Shown: positions 51,340 through 61,593, counted from the stretch's first letter. The stretch is 64,000 bases of DNA from an uncultured bacterium (GCA_963978095.1 CAXBQP010000007.1:1-64000), one strand, 5' to 3'. Notes: a model not told the origin generated them from the letters alone. Made by a program: numbers and translations.

Positions 51340-52200
51340 CTACCGGTCAGGGTCCAGCATGTCCTCGAACCGCAGCCACTGCTTGTAGAAGTACAAATCC
51401 ACATAGCCGAGTCCGCCGTTCCGGTGCTTGCGCACCAACAGTTCGGTCGCTCCCTCGACGCCAGTACTCGGCGCGTACATCTCCTCCCGATACAACGCGA
51501 GCACCACGTCGGCGTGCTGGGCGATCGCACCGCGCGCGCCGAAGTCGTCCAGCGTCGGTCGCAAATCAGTCCTCCCGTCGGCCCTGGTCAGCGACGGCAC
51601 GTGCGACGTCACCAACAGCGCCACATGCTCCGTCAGCGCCAGCGCCTTCAGGTCGCGCACCGTCGCCGCCAACGCGTCGTCTAGCCCATGAAGCTCCGTC
51701 GTGAGCGCCTGGACCGCGTCGACCACGACCACATCCGTACCGGCGTGGCGCCCCAGCAACAACGCGACGTCGGCCGCCGTTCCCCGGGGGAGCACCTCGA
51801 TCGTCGGCAGGTGGTGCCGCAATCGCACCGCTGCCGCACCGGCCGCCACCCGGGACTGCTCGTCCAACGTTCCACTCCGGAGGGCATCAATCCGGATCCG
51901 TCCTTCGATTGCCAAGGCACGTTCGCCGACGCGGTCGGCGTCCATCTCTGTCGTGATGAAAAGTACGGAGTGGCCTGCCTCCGCCATGCGCAGCGCGATG
52001 GCCAACGCGAGGCTCGATTTTCCACTGCCGACATCGCCGCCCAGGCAGATCATGTCACCGCGACGGACGCCACCGCCCACGCATCGATCGATGCTGGGAA
52101 ACCCCGTGGCGAATGCGTCCGGCGCCTGAGTCCCATCGGCGACAGCATCCACCCGTCGCATCACCTGGGTCAGCGGCGAACGGTGGGTCGGGCGTAGCAC
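51340..52200 (-). CDS. Stand-alone DnaB-like helicase C-terminal domain protein (286 aa)
   Basis: TGFPSID, Walker A GDVGSGKS, FITTEM, VVVDAVQ, RPTLDDF, QHADVVLALYRE, VRKHRNG; no DnaB N-terminal domain. Confidence 0.85.
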   Translation of the reverse strand: MLRPTHRSPLTQVMRRVDAVADGTQAPDAFATGFPSIDRCVGGGVRRGDMICLGGDVGSGKSSLALAIALRMAEAGHSVLFITTEMDADRVGERALAIEGRIRIDALRSGTLDEQSRVAAGAAAVRLRHHLPTIEVLPRGTAADVALLLGRHAGTDVVVVDAVQALTTELHGLDDALAATVRDLKALALTEHVALLVTSHVPSLTRADGRTDLRPTLDDFGARGAIAQHADVVLALYREEMYAPSTGVEGATELLVRKHRNGGLGYVDLYFYKQWLRFEDMLDPDR

Positions 52201-52240
52201 GCGCGGATTTCTCCCAATCGTAGGGGGACCAGAACAACCT

Positions 52241-52270
52241 ATATTACGAGCACAGGCGATGCGGGGGCAA
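52241..52270 (-). promoter_or_regulatory. sigma70-type promoter of the DnaB_C operon
   Basis: Minus strand TTGCCC-N18-TAATAT; SD-like GGGAG before GTG 52200. Confidence 0.55.
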
Positions 52271-52300
52271 GTCCAACTGTCACAAGGCCTTGCTGACTTC

Positions 52301-52693
52301 CTACCCCTTCAGCCTCGCCACGAGCCGCTCCAGCTCCAAACGTGCCGCTCGGTCGAGGTGTGGCGCCGTGACCTCGATCACTTTCGTCAGAGCCACCGCC
52401 GCCTGATGCGGGTCGTCGACCGCCGTGGCCTCGAGCAATCGGGCCACGGCCGTGCGAACCGGGGCGCTGAGGGCGATGCTCGACAGCCAGTGGCGGCCAC
52501 CGTCGGCCCGGGTGCGCCGGAGCACAGTGCTGAGGGCGGCCGGCCCGATCATGGCATCGGCGAGTCGTGCCCCGACCAACGCGGCGAGCGCGGCCTCACG
52601 GGCCCCGCCGAGTGGCGCACGTCCGACCAGCGCTGCGAGGGCGCGAAACGGAAACTCGGTTCCGGCGAGCGTGTAGGGGGGCGGGGTCAGCAC
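52301..52693 (-). CDS. Hypothetical protein
   Basis: 130 aa, FPFRALAALVGRAPLGGARE; -10 hexamer TAAGAT 7 nt upstream. Confidence 0.7.
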   Translation of the reverse strand: MLTPPPYTLAGTEFPFRALAALVGRAPLGGAREAALAALVGARLADAMIGPAALSTVLRRTRADGGRHWLSSIALSAPVRTAVARLLEATAVDDPHQAAVALTKVIEVTAPHLDRAARLELERLVARLKG

Positions 52694-52766
52694 AGGGCCA
52701 ATCTTACCCCAAAATTCCCGCGGGCAGAAGATGGGAACCCCCGCCCCGAACGGTTAGATTCACCGG

Positions 52767-54569
52767 ATGCCCCTCTACCGCCGCCTGCTGGCCTTTCTCC
52801 GCCCTCACTGGTGGCGGCTGGTCGGCAACGTGGGATGCAATGTCATCGGCACCGCCTTGGATGGTGCGGCGTTCATCCTCCTGATCCCGTTCCTGAACAC
52901 GTTGCTGGGCGCCGACCAGGCCGTCCCCGGCGGCATGGGGTGGCTCTCCCGACTGATGAATGCGTTGGTGTTGCCGTTCCTCGTGGCGGGCGACAAGCGC
53001 AGTTCGCTGCTCGGCGTGATCGGCGTGATGCTGGTGCTGGTGATCATCAAGAACCTGTTCTTGTGGATGGGCGGACAGATCGGCGCATCCCTGCAGGAGC
53101 GACTGACGCGGGATTTGCGCGACACCGTCTTCCACCACATGCAGCGGTTGCCGCTCGGGTGGTTCTCCCGCACGAAGACCGGGCAGATCATGGCCCGGAT
53201 CCTGACGGACACCGAGCAGGCGAAGGCGATTCTCGCCGAAGTGTTCGCGCGGTCCGTCATGAACCTGTCGCAGATCGTCGTGACGATCGTGATCCTGGTC
53301 CGGATCTCCCCGCGCTTGGCGCTCATTTCGTTGGTGATCGCGCCGCTGATCACGGCCGTCATCCAGCCCATCCTGCGCCGGCTGCGCACGGGGCACCGTT
53401 CGCTCCGCAATGAATACGGCGAGATCACGAGTGTCCTGCAGGAAGTGATCAGTGGCGTCCGCTTGGTCAAGAGTTTCCAAGGGGAGCCGTACGAGGACCG
53501 GCGCTTCAGCGTCGCGAGCGGGAACTACACGCGCGGCATGATCCGCATCACGCGGCTGTCGTTGCTGTCGGGGCCGCTCACGGAGATTCTGGGTACGGTC
53601 GTCGCGATGATGGTGCTCTGGTTCGGCGCTGAGTTGGTGTTCTCGCGCCACATGGAGGGAGGCACGTTGCTGACCTTCATGACGCTGGTGATGCGACTCC
53701 TGCCACCGCTCAAGCAGCTCTCGCAGGCGCCGACGACAGCCCAGCAGTCGCTGGCCGCCGCAGAACGGCTCTTCGAGGTGCTGGATCATCCCACCGAGGC
53801 GCAAACGGACCGCGGCTCGCGCCAGGTGGAGGGATTCACCGGCACGCTGGCGTTCGAGCAGGTCGGCTTCTCCTACGGCGATGCGCCGGTCCTGCAGGAC
53901 ATCACACTGACGGCGCGTCGCGGCGACGTCGTGGCTTTGGTGGGATCGAGCGGAGCAGGGAAGAGCACGCTGGTGGACCTGATCCCGCGCTTCATCGAGC
54001 CGACGACGGGGCGCATCACGCTCGATGGCGTCGACACGCGCGACCTCACGCTGCCGTCGCTCCGGGCCCTCACCGGCATCGTGAGTCAGGACACGGTTCT
54101 CTTCAACGACACCGTGCGCGCCAACATCGCCTACGGTGCCGCCGGCCGGTACACGGACGCGCAAGTGGAGGCCGCGGCGCGCGCCGCGAACGCGCATGAC
54201 TTCATCCAGGCACTGCCGGACGGCTACGACACCGTGCTCGGCGAGCGCGGCACCCGCCTCTCCGGTGGGCAACGGCAACGCATCGCCATCGCTCGCGCCT
54301 TGCTCACCGACCCGCCGATCCTGATTCTCGACGAGGCGACGTCGGCACTCGACACCGAGAGCGAACGCCTCGTGCAGGAGGCGATCGACCGGCTGCTCGC
54401 CGGGCGCACGGTCTTCGTGATCGCCCATCGGTTGAGCACCATCGCCAATGCGTCGCAGATCCTGGTGCTCGACAAGGGGCGCGTGAGTGAACGGGGCACA
54501 CACGCCGAGCTGTTGGCGCTGGGGGGAGCGTACGCGCGTCTCGCCGGGCTGCAGCGCGCGGAATCGTGA
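52767..54569 (+). CDS. msbA: MsbA-like ABC exporter
   Basis: TMD plus NBD: GSSGAGKST, LSGGQRQRIAIARA, LILDEATSALD, IAHRLST; adjacent acyltransferase supports the symbol. Confidence 0.8.
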   Translation: MPLYRRLLAFLRPHWWRLVGNVGCNVIGTALDGAAFILLIPFLNTLLGADQAVPGGMGWLSRLMNALVLPFLVAGDKRSSLLGVIGVMLVLVIIKNLFLWMGGQIGASLQERLTRDLRDTVFHHMQRLPLGWFSRTKTGQIMARILTDTEQAKAILAEVFARSVMNLSQIVVTIVILVRISPRLALISLVIAPLITAVIQPILRRLRTGHRSLRNEYGEITSVLQEVISGVRLVKSFQGEPYEDRRFSVASGNYTRGMIRITRLSLLSGPLTEILGTVVAMMVLWFGAELVFSRHMEGGTLLTFMTLVMRLLPPLKQLSQAPTTAQQSLAAAERLFEVLDHPTEAQTDRGSRQVEGFTGTLAFEQVGFSYGDAPVLQDITLTARRGDVVALVGSSGAGKSTLVDLIPRFIEPTTGRITLDGVDTRDLTLPSLRALTGIVSQDTVLFNDTVRANIAYGAAGRYTDAQVEAAARAANAHDFIQALPDGYDTVLGERGTRLSGGQRQRIAIARALLTDPPILILDEATSALDTESERLVQEAIDRLLAGRTVFVIAHRLSTIANASQILVLDKGRVSERGTHAELLALGGAYARLAGLQRAES

Positions 54570-55543
54570 CCGCGCCCGATCCCGCTGGGCCGCCCTCGGT
54601 CCCGCCCTCCCCGCGTGCGCTCCGACGGCCGACGCTCGTGCACCGGATCGAGTATGCGGCGCTGCGGATCTTCATCGGGCTGCTCGCCCCGCTCGGCGTG
54701 CGCCGTGCCGCGCGCGTGGCCGGGGTGATCGGCACATGGGGCTACGCGCCCTTCGGGATTCGTCGCGGATTGGTGGAGCGCCAGATCGCCGCCGCGTTTC
54801 CCGCGTTCGACCAGGCGCGGGTACAGGAGGTGGCGCGGGAATCGTACCGCAATCTCGGTCGTGTGACCGTCGAAGCGACGCTCCTGTCGACCATCGGTGC
54901 CGCACAGGCGATTCCCCTGTTCCGCGAGAGTTCCGAGGACTGGGCGCGCATCGTCGCCGCGCACGCGCAGGGGAAAGGCGTCGTGCTGGTCGCCGGCCAC
55001 GTCGGGAACTGGGAACTCGCGGCGGCGTACCTGTGCGCGAGAGGCTTGCCGATCGTCGGGATCGTGCGCGGAGCCTCCAATCCGTTGTCGGAGGCCTACT
55101 TCAAACGCACGCGCGAGCGTTTGGGCGTGACGGTGGTCCACGACAGTGAAGCGGTGCGTCGGGTGCCCCGCCTGCTGCGTGACGGACACGTTGTGGGTTT
55201 CTTGTCCGACCAGGCGGCCGTCGGCCTCGCGTCGACCTACGTGAATTTCTTCGGTCGGCCCGCGAAGACGCCGCGTGGCGGTGCCGTCTTCGCCCTCCGC
55301 GGCGACATCCCGGTGGTGTTCGTCGCGGCGATGCTCGAGCCCGATGGCCGCTATCGCCTCATCGTGGAGGATGTGCCGATCACCCACACCGGGGATCGGG
55401 AACGCGATGTCGACGACATCATGATCCGCTTCACGGCGATGCTCGAACGCTTGGTCCGCGCCTATCCCGAGCAGTACTTCTGGCAGCATCGGCGGTGGAA
55501 GCATCAGCCGCCGGACACTCCTCCCGAACTCCGGCAACCATGA
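54566..55543 (+). CDS. Lipid A biosynthesis lauroyl/late acyltransferase (LpxL/HtrB family)
   Basis: GHVGNWE, FLSDQ, FFGRPA, PEQYFWQHRRWK. Confidence 0.92.
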   Translation: MTAPDPAGPPSVPPSPRALRRPTLVHRIEYAALRIFIGLLAPLGVRRAARVAGVIGTWGYAPFGIRRGLVERQIAAAFPAFDQARVQEVARESYRNLGRVTVEATLLSTIGAAQAIPLFRESSEDWARIVAAHAQGKGVVLVAGHVGNWELAAAYLCARGLPIVGIVRGASNPLSEAYFKRTRERLGVTVVHDSEAVRRVPRLLRDGHVVGFLSDQAAVGLASTYVNFFGRPAKTPRGGAVFALRGDIPVVFVAAMLEPDGRYRLIVEDVPITHTGDRERDVDDIMIRFTAMLERLVRAYPEQYFWQHRRWKHQPPDTPPELRQP

Positions 55544-56688
55544 CGTACGACCTTCAACAGCTGCGCGCGCAGGAGTTCCCCTGGGCCGTCCGCGGCGAGG
55601 CACGATATCTCGACCACGCGTCCACGGGACCGATTCCACAGCGGGCGCGCGACCGGCAGCAGGCGTGGATCCTCACCCGGGCCGAGCCGCATCGGCTGTC
55701 GCCGGAGATGCTGTTCCCGGTCTTCGCCACGGCGCGCGAGCGCATCGGGCAGCTGATCAACGCGCCCGCGACGTCGATCGCGTTGATGACCAATACCTCG
55801 CACGGCCTGAACCTCGCCGCGCGGACCTTGCCGATCGGCCACGGCGACGTCATCCTCGGATCGCACGGTGAGTTCCCTGCGAACGTGTACCCCTGGTTCG
55901 CTGTGGCCAAGGCGAAGGGCGCCGAGTATCGGCTCCTGCCGATGGCCGGCGACTATCCCGACGAGGACGCCATCGTCCGGACGATCGAGACCGAGCCGCG
56001 CCTGAAGGTCGTGGCACTCTCGTGGGTGAGCTTCTGGAGTGGGTATGCGATCGACCTTGCACGCATCGGTGCTGCCTGCAAAGCGCGCGGCGTGTACTTC
56101 GTGGTCGACGGCATCCAGGGCATCGGTCCCCGCGCGCTCGACCTGTCCGCGCTGCATATCGACATCCTGGCGGCCGGCTGTCAGAAGTGGTTGATGTCCC
56201 CGTGGGGGACCGGCTTCGCCTACGTCCGCCCAGGACTCGTCCAGCAGTTGGAGCCTGTCGAGGTGGGCTGGATGTCGCAAGCCACGGCCGGCGACTTCTC
56301 CAAGTTCCTCGACTACGACCCGACCTGGGCGAGCGACGCCCGACGCTTCGAGGTGATCACGCTCGATTTCGTGAGTTTCGCGTCCATGGCGGAATCCATC
56401 GGGCTCTTCCTCACCCTCGGACCGACGGCGGTGGCGGATCATGTACGGTCGCTGGCCGACCGCGCGGTGGCATTCGCGGACGCGCATCCCGCGATCTCGC
56501 TCGTCACGCCGCGCGACCCGTCCAAGCGCGCGGGGTTGCTGGCCTTCCGCACGGCGGACCCCCAGGCGTCGAGCGTGCGGCTCGCGGACGCGAAGGTCGC
56601 CCATGCGGTCCGTGAGGGGTGCGTGCGGATCGCGCCCCATTTCTACAACACGCCTGACGAACTCGACGCGGCACTGGCACTGCTCTGA
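55540..56688 (+). CDS. PLP-dependent class V aminotransferase family protein
   Basis: YLDHASTGP, NTSHGLN, EFPANVYPW, VDGIQ, CQKWL (PLP Lys), RIAPHFYN. Confidence 0.9.
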   Translation: MTYDLQQLRAQEFPWAVRGEARYLDHASTGPIPQRARDRQQAWILTRAEPHRLSPEMLFPVFATARERIGQLINAPATSIALMTNTSHGLNLAARTLPIGHGDVILGSHGEFPANVYPWFAVAKAKGAEYRLLPMAGDYPDEDAIVRTIETEPRLKVVALSWVSFWSGYAIDLARIGAACKARGVYFVVDGIQGIGPRALDLSALHIDILAAGCQKWLMSPWGTGFAYVRPGLVQQLEPVEVGWMSQATAGDFSKFLDYDPTWASDARRFEVITLDFVSFASMAESIGLFLTLGPTAVADHVRSLADRAVAFADAHPAISLVTPRDPSKRAGLLAFRTADPQASSVRLADAKVAHAVREGCVRIAPHFYNTPDELDAALALL

Positions 56689-56738
56689 GCGCCGCGGCGC
56701 GTGCGTTCTCGCGCTGCGGCGTCTCGTCCGGCGCGTGC

Positions 56739-58013
56739 TCAGCCCAGTTTGACCAGTGCGATGTCGCGGCCGCCCTTCCGCGCCAGGAACCACTGTCCGT
56801 GCACCGCTCCCGACGCCGCGACGACCGGCGCATCGGCAGAGATCTTCTCGCCGTTGACCATCACGGCGCCCTGTTGGAGGAGCTTCTTGCCGGCTCCACG
56901 CGACTGACCGAACCCCTGCTCCAGCACGGTCAACACGTCCACGTCACCGTGCGGGAGCGACACCAGCGGGATCTCGCGCGCCAGCATCTCGAAGACGTCC
57001 GGCGCGATGGTGCGCGGGTCGAGCTTCTTGTCGAAGACGATGCGACTCGCGCGCTCGGCCGCGTCGGCGAGAGCGGCGCCGTGGATCAGCGTCGTCACCG
57101 CACGCGCCAACGCGCGCTGCGCGCGACGCTCGTGCGGTGCCTCGGCGTGCGACGTTTCCAACGCTTCGATCGCCGCCCGATCGAGCAGCGTGAACATCCG
57201 GAGATACTTCCCGACGTCCGCATCCTCGGCGTTGATCCAGAACTGGTAGAACTGGTAGGGCGACGTCAATGCCGCGTCGAGCCAGACCGCCCCGGCTTCG
57301 GTCTTGCCGAACTTCTGCCCACTCGAGGTCGTCACGAGCGGGAGCGTCACCGCGAACGCCTCGGCCGACGACGCACGGCGGATCAGTTCCGTCCCCGCCG
57401 TCATGTTCCCCCACTGGTCGCTCCCGCCGATCTGCAGCGAAACGCCGTCGTGCTGATTCAGGTGCAGGAAGTCATACGCCTGCATGAGCATGTAGGCGAA
57501 CTCGGTGAAGGAGATCCCGTGCTCGAGGCGTGAGGCCACCGAGTCCTTGGCCAGCATGTAGTTGATGGAGAAATGCTTGCCGATGTCGCGCAGGAATCGC
57601 ACAAGGTCCAGCGAGCGGAGCCACGCGGCATTGTTGCGCATGAGGACCACCGGCGCGGACGACGCTCCCAGCGCGCGCTGGCAGATCGCCTCGAGCTGCG
57701 CGTGGATCGCGGCCGCGTTCGCGTCGATCAGGTCGACGGTCATCAGCGTGCGCTCGTTGGCCTTCCCCGAGGGATCTCCGATCATCGCGGTGCCGCCGCC
57801 CACCAGCGCTACCGGCGTGTGGCCGGCGCGCGCGAGGTGCACGAGCCCCATGACCGGCACCAGGTTCCCGACGTGCAGGCTGGCCGCCGTGGGGTCGAAG
57901 CCGCAGTAGCCGCGAACCGGGCCTGCGGCGAGATGGGCGGCGAGGCCTTCGGTCTGCTGATACAGCAGGCCGCGCCAAGACAGTTCGTCGAGCAACGGAA
58001 TGGGCTGGGACAT
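56739..58013 (-). CDS. tyrS: Tyrosyl-tRNA synthetase
   Basis: YCGFDPTAASLHVGN, IGDPSGK, QIGGSDQWGN, KFGKT, C-terminal S4 domain. Confidence 0.98.
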   Translation of the reverse strand: MSQPIPLLDELSWRGLLYQQTEGLAAHLAAGPVRGYCGFDPTAASLHVGNLVPVMGLVHLARAGHTPVALVGGGTAMIGDPSGKANERTLMTVDLIDANAAAIHAQLEAICQRALGASSAPVVLMRNNAAWLRSLDLVRFLRDIGKHFSINYMLAKDSVASRLEHGISFTEFAYMLMQAYDFLHLNQHDGVSLQIGGSDQWGNMTAGTELIRRASSAEAFAVTLPLVTTSSGQKFGKTEAGAVWLDAALTSPYQFYQFWINAEDADVGKYLRMFTLLDRAAIEALETSHAEAPHERRAQRALARAVTTLIHGAALADAAERASRIVFDKKLDPRTIAPDVFEMLAREIPLVSLPHGDVDVLTVLEQGFGQSRGAGKKLLQQGAVMVNGEKISADAPVVAASGAVHGQWFLARKGGRDIALVKLG

Positions 58014-58123
58014 GCTCCAAAGCTAGGCAGGGCAGGGCGCGCTGTCACTCGCCCGACTCCGGGGATTTCGCCGGTGTGCGCGTTGCCCCGCTCCGGCAAC
58101 GGCTCTAGACTTCCCTCCCTGCC

Positions 58124-60211
58124 ATGAAACGTCGCCCGCTCCTCATCTTCCTCGCCCTCGTCGCGGCGGTGGGCGCCATCGGCGTCACCGGTGTCGGCAT
58201 CGGCTGGGCGGTGGTCTGCGGCGGCACCAAGTGTCCGTCGCTGGAACAGCTGGAGAAGTACCAGCCGCGGCAAACGTCCCGCCTCTACGCGGCCGACGGG
58301 CGCTTCATCGCCGAGATCGGCCTGGAACGCCGGACGCTGGTCAAGCTGGAGCAGATTCCGAAGCACGTGCAGCAGGCCTTCGTGATCACCGAGGACAAGC
58401 GCTTCTACGACCACGGCGGCATCGATTTCTTCCGGATCTTCGGCGCCGTGCTCGCCAACGTCCGCAATCGGGGCATCTCGCAGGGCTTCTCGACGATCAC
58501 CATGCAGCTCGCCCGCAACCTGTTCCCGGAAAACCTCAAGGCGCGCGAGAAGACCATCACGCGCAAGCTCCGCGAGGCGAAAGTCGCACGCGCGATCGAG
58601 GCCAAGTACTCCAAGGATCGCATCCTCGAGCTGTATCTCAATCAGATCTACCTCGGCAACGGTGCGTACGGCGTGGAGTCCGCCGCGCACCGCTATTTCG
58701 GCAAGTCGGTCAGGGACCTGAACGTGGCGGAGGCCGCTACCCTTGCATCGCTGCCGAAGGCTCCGGAGCGGTACAACCCGCGTCGCTTCCCCGACCGGGC
58801 CGTGCAGCGCCGCAACACGGTGGTCGAGTTGATGCGCCGGGCGGGTGCGGTCGGCGATGCCGACGCGTCGCTGGCCAGCGCGTTCCCGCTTCGGCTGTCG
58901 CGGAAGCGCGGGGGCACGAGCGAGGTGGCCCCCTATTTCGTGGACTGGGTGCGTCGCGCGCTCGACGAACGGTTCGGCAAGGATCTCTACGAAAAGCCGC
59001 TCAAGGTCTTCACGACGCTCGACCTCGACCTCCAGGGGTCCGCCGAGCGCGCGCTCGATCGTCAGCTGCGCGCCGTCGAAGCGGGGCAGTGGGGCCCCTT
59101 CCCGCATCGGACCTACGAACAATGGCTGGCACGAGGCGGCTCGAACGCGCCCGACGATACCGTGGCCTCACCGTACCTTCAAGGAGCCTTCGTGGCGCTT
59201 GATCCCAGAACCGGCGCCGTACGCGCGTTGGTCGGCGGGCGGGATTACGAGGACTCCAAGTTCGATCGCGCGACACAGGGCCTGCGGCAACCCGGCTCGA
59301 CCTTCAAGCCGATCGTGTACTCCACCGCGATCCAGGCCGGCCGTCCACCGAGCTACATGGTCGATGACGCTCCACTCGAGATGGCACAACTCGATCCCAA
59401 CAAGCCGTGGACGCCGCAGAACTTCGACCTGAAGTTCTGGGGGCCGATGACCATGCGCCACGGGCTCTACGAGTCGCGCAACATGATCGCGATCCGCGTC
59501 GGCATGGAAGTCGGCGAACAGAACGTGGTGCAGATGGCCAAGAAATTCGGCATCACCACACCGGTTCCGCCGTATCCGTCGATCCACATCGGGTCTGCGG
59601 ATGTCTATCCCCTGGAGATGATCGCCGCCTACTCCGTCTTCGCGAATCTCGGCTGGCGCGTGCCACCCACGCCGATCGTGCGCGTCGAGGATGAGAAGGG
59701 GAAGGTGTTGTACAAGCCGGAGCCGGAGCGCGAGGAGGTGCTCTCGCGCGAGGAAGCGTGGCTCATGGTGGACATGATGAAGGACGTCATCCGCAAGGGA
59801 ACAGCCGCCGGGAGCGTGGGGCAGTACTTCCATATCCCGGCCGGTGGCAAGACCGGCACCACCAATGACGGCACGAACGTGTGGTTCGTGGGATACACCG
59901 CCGACCTCGTGGCCGGCGTCTGGATGGGGCTCGACAAACCGCAGACCATCATGAAGAACGCCCAAGGCGGGCGCTTGGCCGCCCCTGCCTGGACCGCGTT
60001 CATGCGCGAAGTGTACGAGCGCAAGCCCACGCCGCCGGACTGGCCACGCCCGCCCGCCATCACGTCCCGCACCATCGACGCGGGCACCGGTCTGCTCCAT
60101 GGTCCAGCCTGCCCGAACGAGGATGCGTACACCGATTATTTCATTGCCGGAACGGAGCCTACGCGCTCCTGCCCGCCCCGCACGGCTGTCGTGAGCAAGA
60201 AGAATCCATGA
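58124..60211 (+). CDS. Class A penicillin-binding protein (PBP1A family)
   Basis: EDKRFYDHGG, GFSTITMQL, RKLRE, STFK, SRN, KTG. Confidence 0.96.
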   Translation: MKRRPLLIFLALVAAVGAIGVTGVGIGWAVVCGGTKCPSLEQLEKYQPRQTSRLYAADGRFIAEIGLERRTLVKLEQIPKHVQQAFVITEDKRFYDHGGIDFFRIFGAVLANVRNRGISQGFSTITMQLARNLFPENLKAREKTITRKLREAKVARAIEAKYSKDRILELYLNQIYLGNGAYGVESAAHRYFGKSVRDLNVAEAATLASLPKAPERYNPRRFPDRAVQRRNTVVELMRRAGAVGDADASLASAFPLRLSRKRGGTSEVAPYFVDWVRRALDERFGKDLYEKPLKVFTTLDLDLQGSAERALDRQLRAVEAGQWGPFPHRTYEQWLARGGSNAPDDTVASPYLQGAFVALDPRTGAVRALVGGRDYEDSKFDRATQGLRQPGSTFKPIVYSTAIQAGRPPSYMVDDAPLEMAQLDPNKPWTPQNFDLKFWGPMTMRHGLYESRNMIAIRVGMEVGEQNVVQMAKKFGITTPVPPYPSIHIGSADVYPLEMIAAYSVFANLGWRVPPTPIVRVEDEKGKVLYKPEPEREEVLSREEAWLMVDMMKDVIRKGTAAGSVGQYFHIPAGGKTGTTNDGTNVWFVGYTADLVAGVWMGLDKPQTIMKNAQGGRLAAPAWTAFMREVYERKPTPPDWPRPPAITSRTIDAGTGLLHGPACPNEDAYTDYFIAGTEPTRSCPPRTAVVSKKNP

Positions 60212-61593
60212 CGGATGGTGGGGCGTTGCCCCAGCAGGTGCGCTACCACGCGGCCTGGGTGCTGCCGATCACGGCGCCCGCCATTCGCCACGGCACGGTC
60301 ATCGTCGAGGGCGGGACGATTGTCTGGGTCGGCCCACGCGACCACGCGCCTCCCGCACACGGGAACGCACACGACGAGGACCTGGGCCACGCGATGCTCC
60401 TGCCGGGGCTGGTCAACACCCACACACATCTTGACCTCACGGTCATGCGGGGGCTGCTGGAAGGACTCTCGTTCTTCCCGTGGATCCGCACGCTGACGGC
60501 GGCGCGCGCCGAGGTGCTGAACGCGACCACCCTGCTCGACAGTGCACGCCTCGGCGTGATCGAAGGGCTGCAACAGGGCATTACCACCTATGCGGATACC
60601 GCCCCGGATCCGGCTGGCTTCGACGCGATGCGCGAGCTTGGGGTGCGCGGCATCTTCTATCACGAGATCTTCGGCCCTGATCCCGCGCATTGCGATTCGG
60701 CCATCGAGAGTTTGCGCCGTACGATCCACGCGTTGCGTCCCAACGCGACTCCGCTCGTCTGGCTCGGCGTGTCGCCGCATGCGCCCTATTCCGTCAGTGA
60801 TGCGCTCTTCACTGCCGTCGCTGAACTCGCGACCGACCTGCAGCTTCCGCTGGCCACGCACATCGCCGAGAGCGAGGACGAGCAATCGCTCGTCGTCGAC
60901 GGCGATGGCGCCTTTGCCGCCTTCCTGAACGGACGCGACATCGAGGTGCGTCCACGGGGCCGGTCGCCCATTGCGATGCTCGAGGCACGCGGGGTCTTAT
61001 CGAGGCGCACGCTGCTGATTCACGCCGTCCGCGCGGACGCCACCGACCGCGGCACGATCGCGGCCCATGGATGCGGCGTGGCCCACTGCCCGGCGTCCAA
61101 CGCGAAGCTCGGGCACGGGATCGCGCCCATCGCCGCCATGCTGGATGCCGGGATTCCTGTCGGACTGGGGTCGGATTCCATGGCCAGCAACAATCGGATG
61201 GACCTGATCGCCGAGGGGCGTCTGGCGATGCTGGCGCAGCGGGCGGCCGCGCAGCGCGAGGATGTCTTGACCGCCCGAACGATCGTCGAGATGGCCACAC
61301 TGGGGGGTGCGCGGGCGCTCGGGCTGGCGGGGAGCATCGGTTCACTGGAGCCGGGAAAAGCCGCCGATCTCGCGGCATTCTCGGTCCCGCTCACGGCACA
61401 CCCGGTGTACGACCCGTACGATGCGCTCATCTGGTCGATGGCGGGTACACCAGCCCTGCGGGTGGTCGTGGCCGGTCGCGAACGCGTCCGCGACGGCGAA
61501 GTTGACGGCTGCGACACTGACACGATCGTGGCGCGTGTGTCGGCGACGGCCGCGCGGCTCGCGGCCTGGAAATCACAGCGCTCGCCGCGCTGA
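60208..61593 (+). CDS. Amidohydrolase, MtaD/SsnA deaminase-like
   Basis: PGLVNTHTH, SPHAPYS, HIAES, HCPASNAKLG, GLGSDS, GSLEPGKAAD. Confidence 0.9.
   Translation: MTDGGALPQQVRYHAAWVLPITAPAIRHGTVIVEGGTIVWVGPRDHAPPAHGNAHDEDLGHAMLLPGLVNTHTHLDLTVMRGLLEGLSFFPWIRTLTAARAEVLNATTLLDSARLGVIEGLQQGITTYADTAPDPAGFDAMRELGVRGIFYHEIFGPDPAHCDSAIESLRRTIHALRPNATPLVWLGVSPHAPYSVSDALFTAVAELATDLQLPLATHIAESEDEQSLVVDGDGAFAAFLNGRDIEVRPRGRSPIAMLEARGVLSRRTLLIHAVRADATDRGTIAAHGCGVAHCPASNAKLGHGIAPIAAMLDAGIPVGLGSDSMASNNRMDLIAEGRLAMLAQRAAAQREDVLTARTIVEMATLGGARALGLAGSIGSLEPGKAADLAAFSVPLTAHPVYDPYDALIWSMAGTPALRVVVAGRERVRDGEVDGCDTDTIVARVSATAARLAAWKSQRSPR

Noticed and set aside
51340..52200. DnaB-like gene as a prophage or ICE remnant
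   Set aside because: No integrase, primase, structural genes, tRNA or att-like repeats nearby
55540..56688. Cysteine desulfurase (sufS/iscS) call
   Set aside because: Lacks the RxGHHCA or SxGSAC catalytic loop; left at family level
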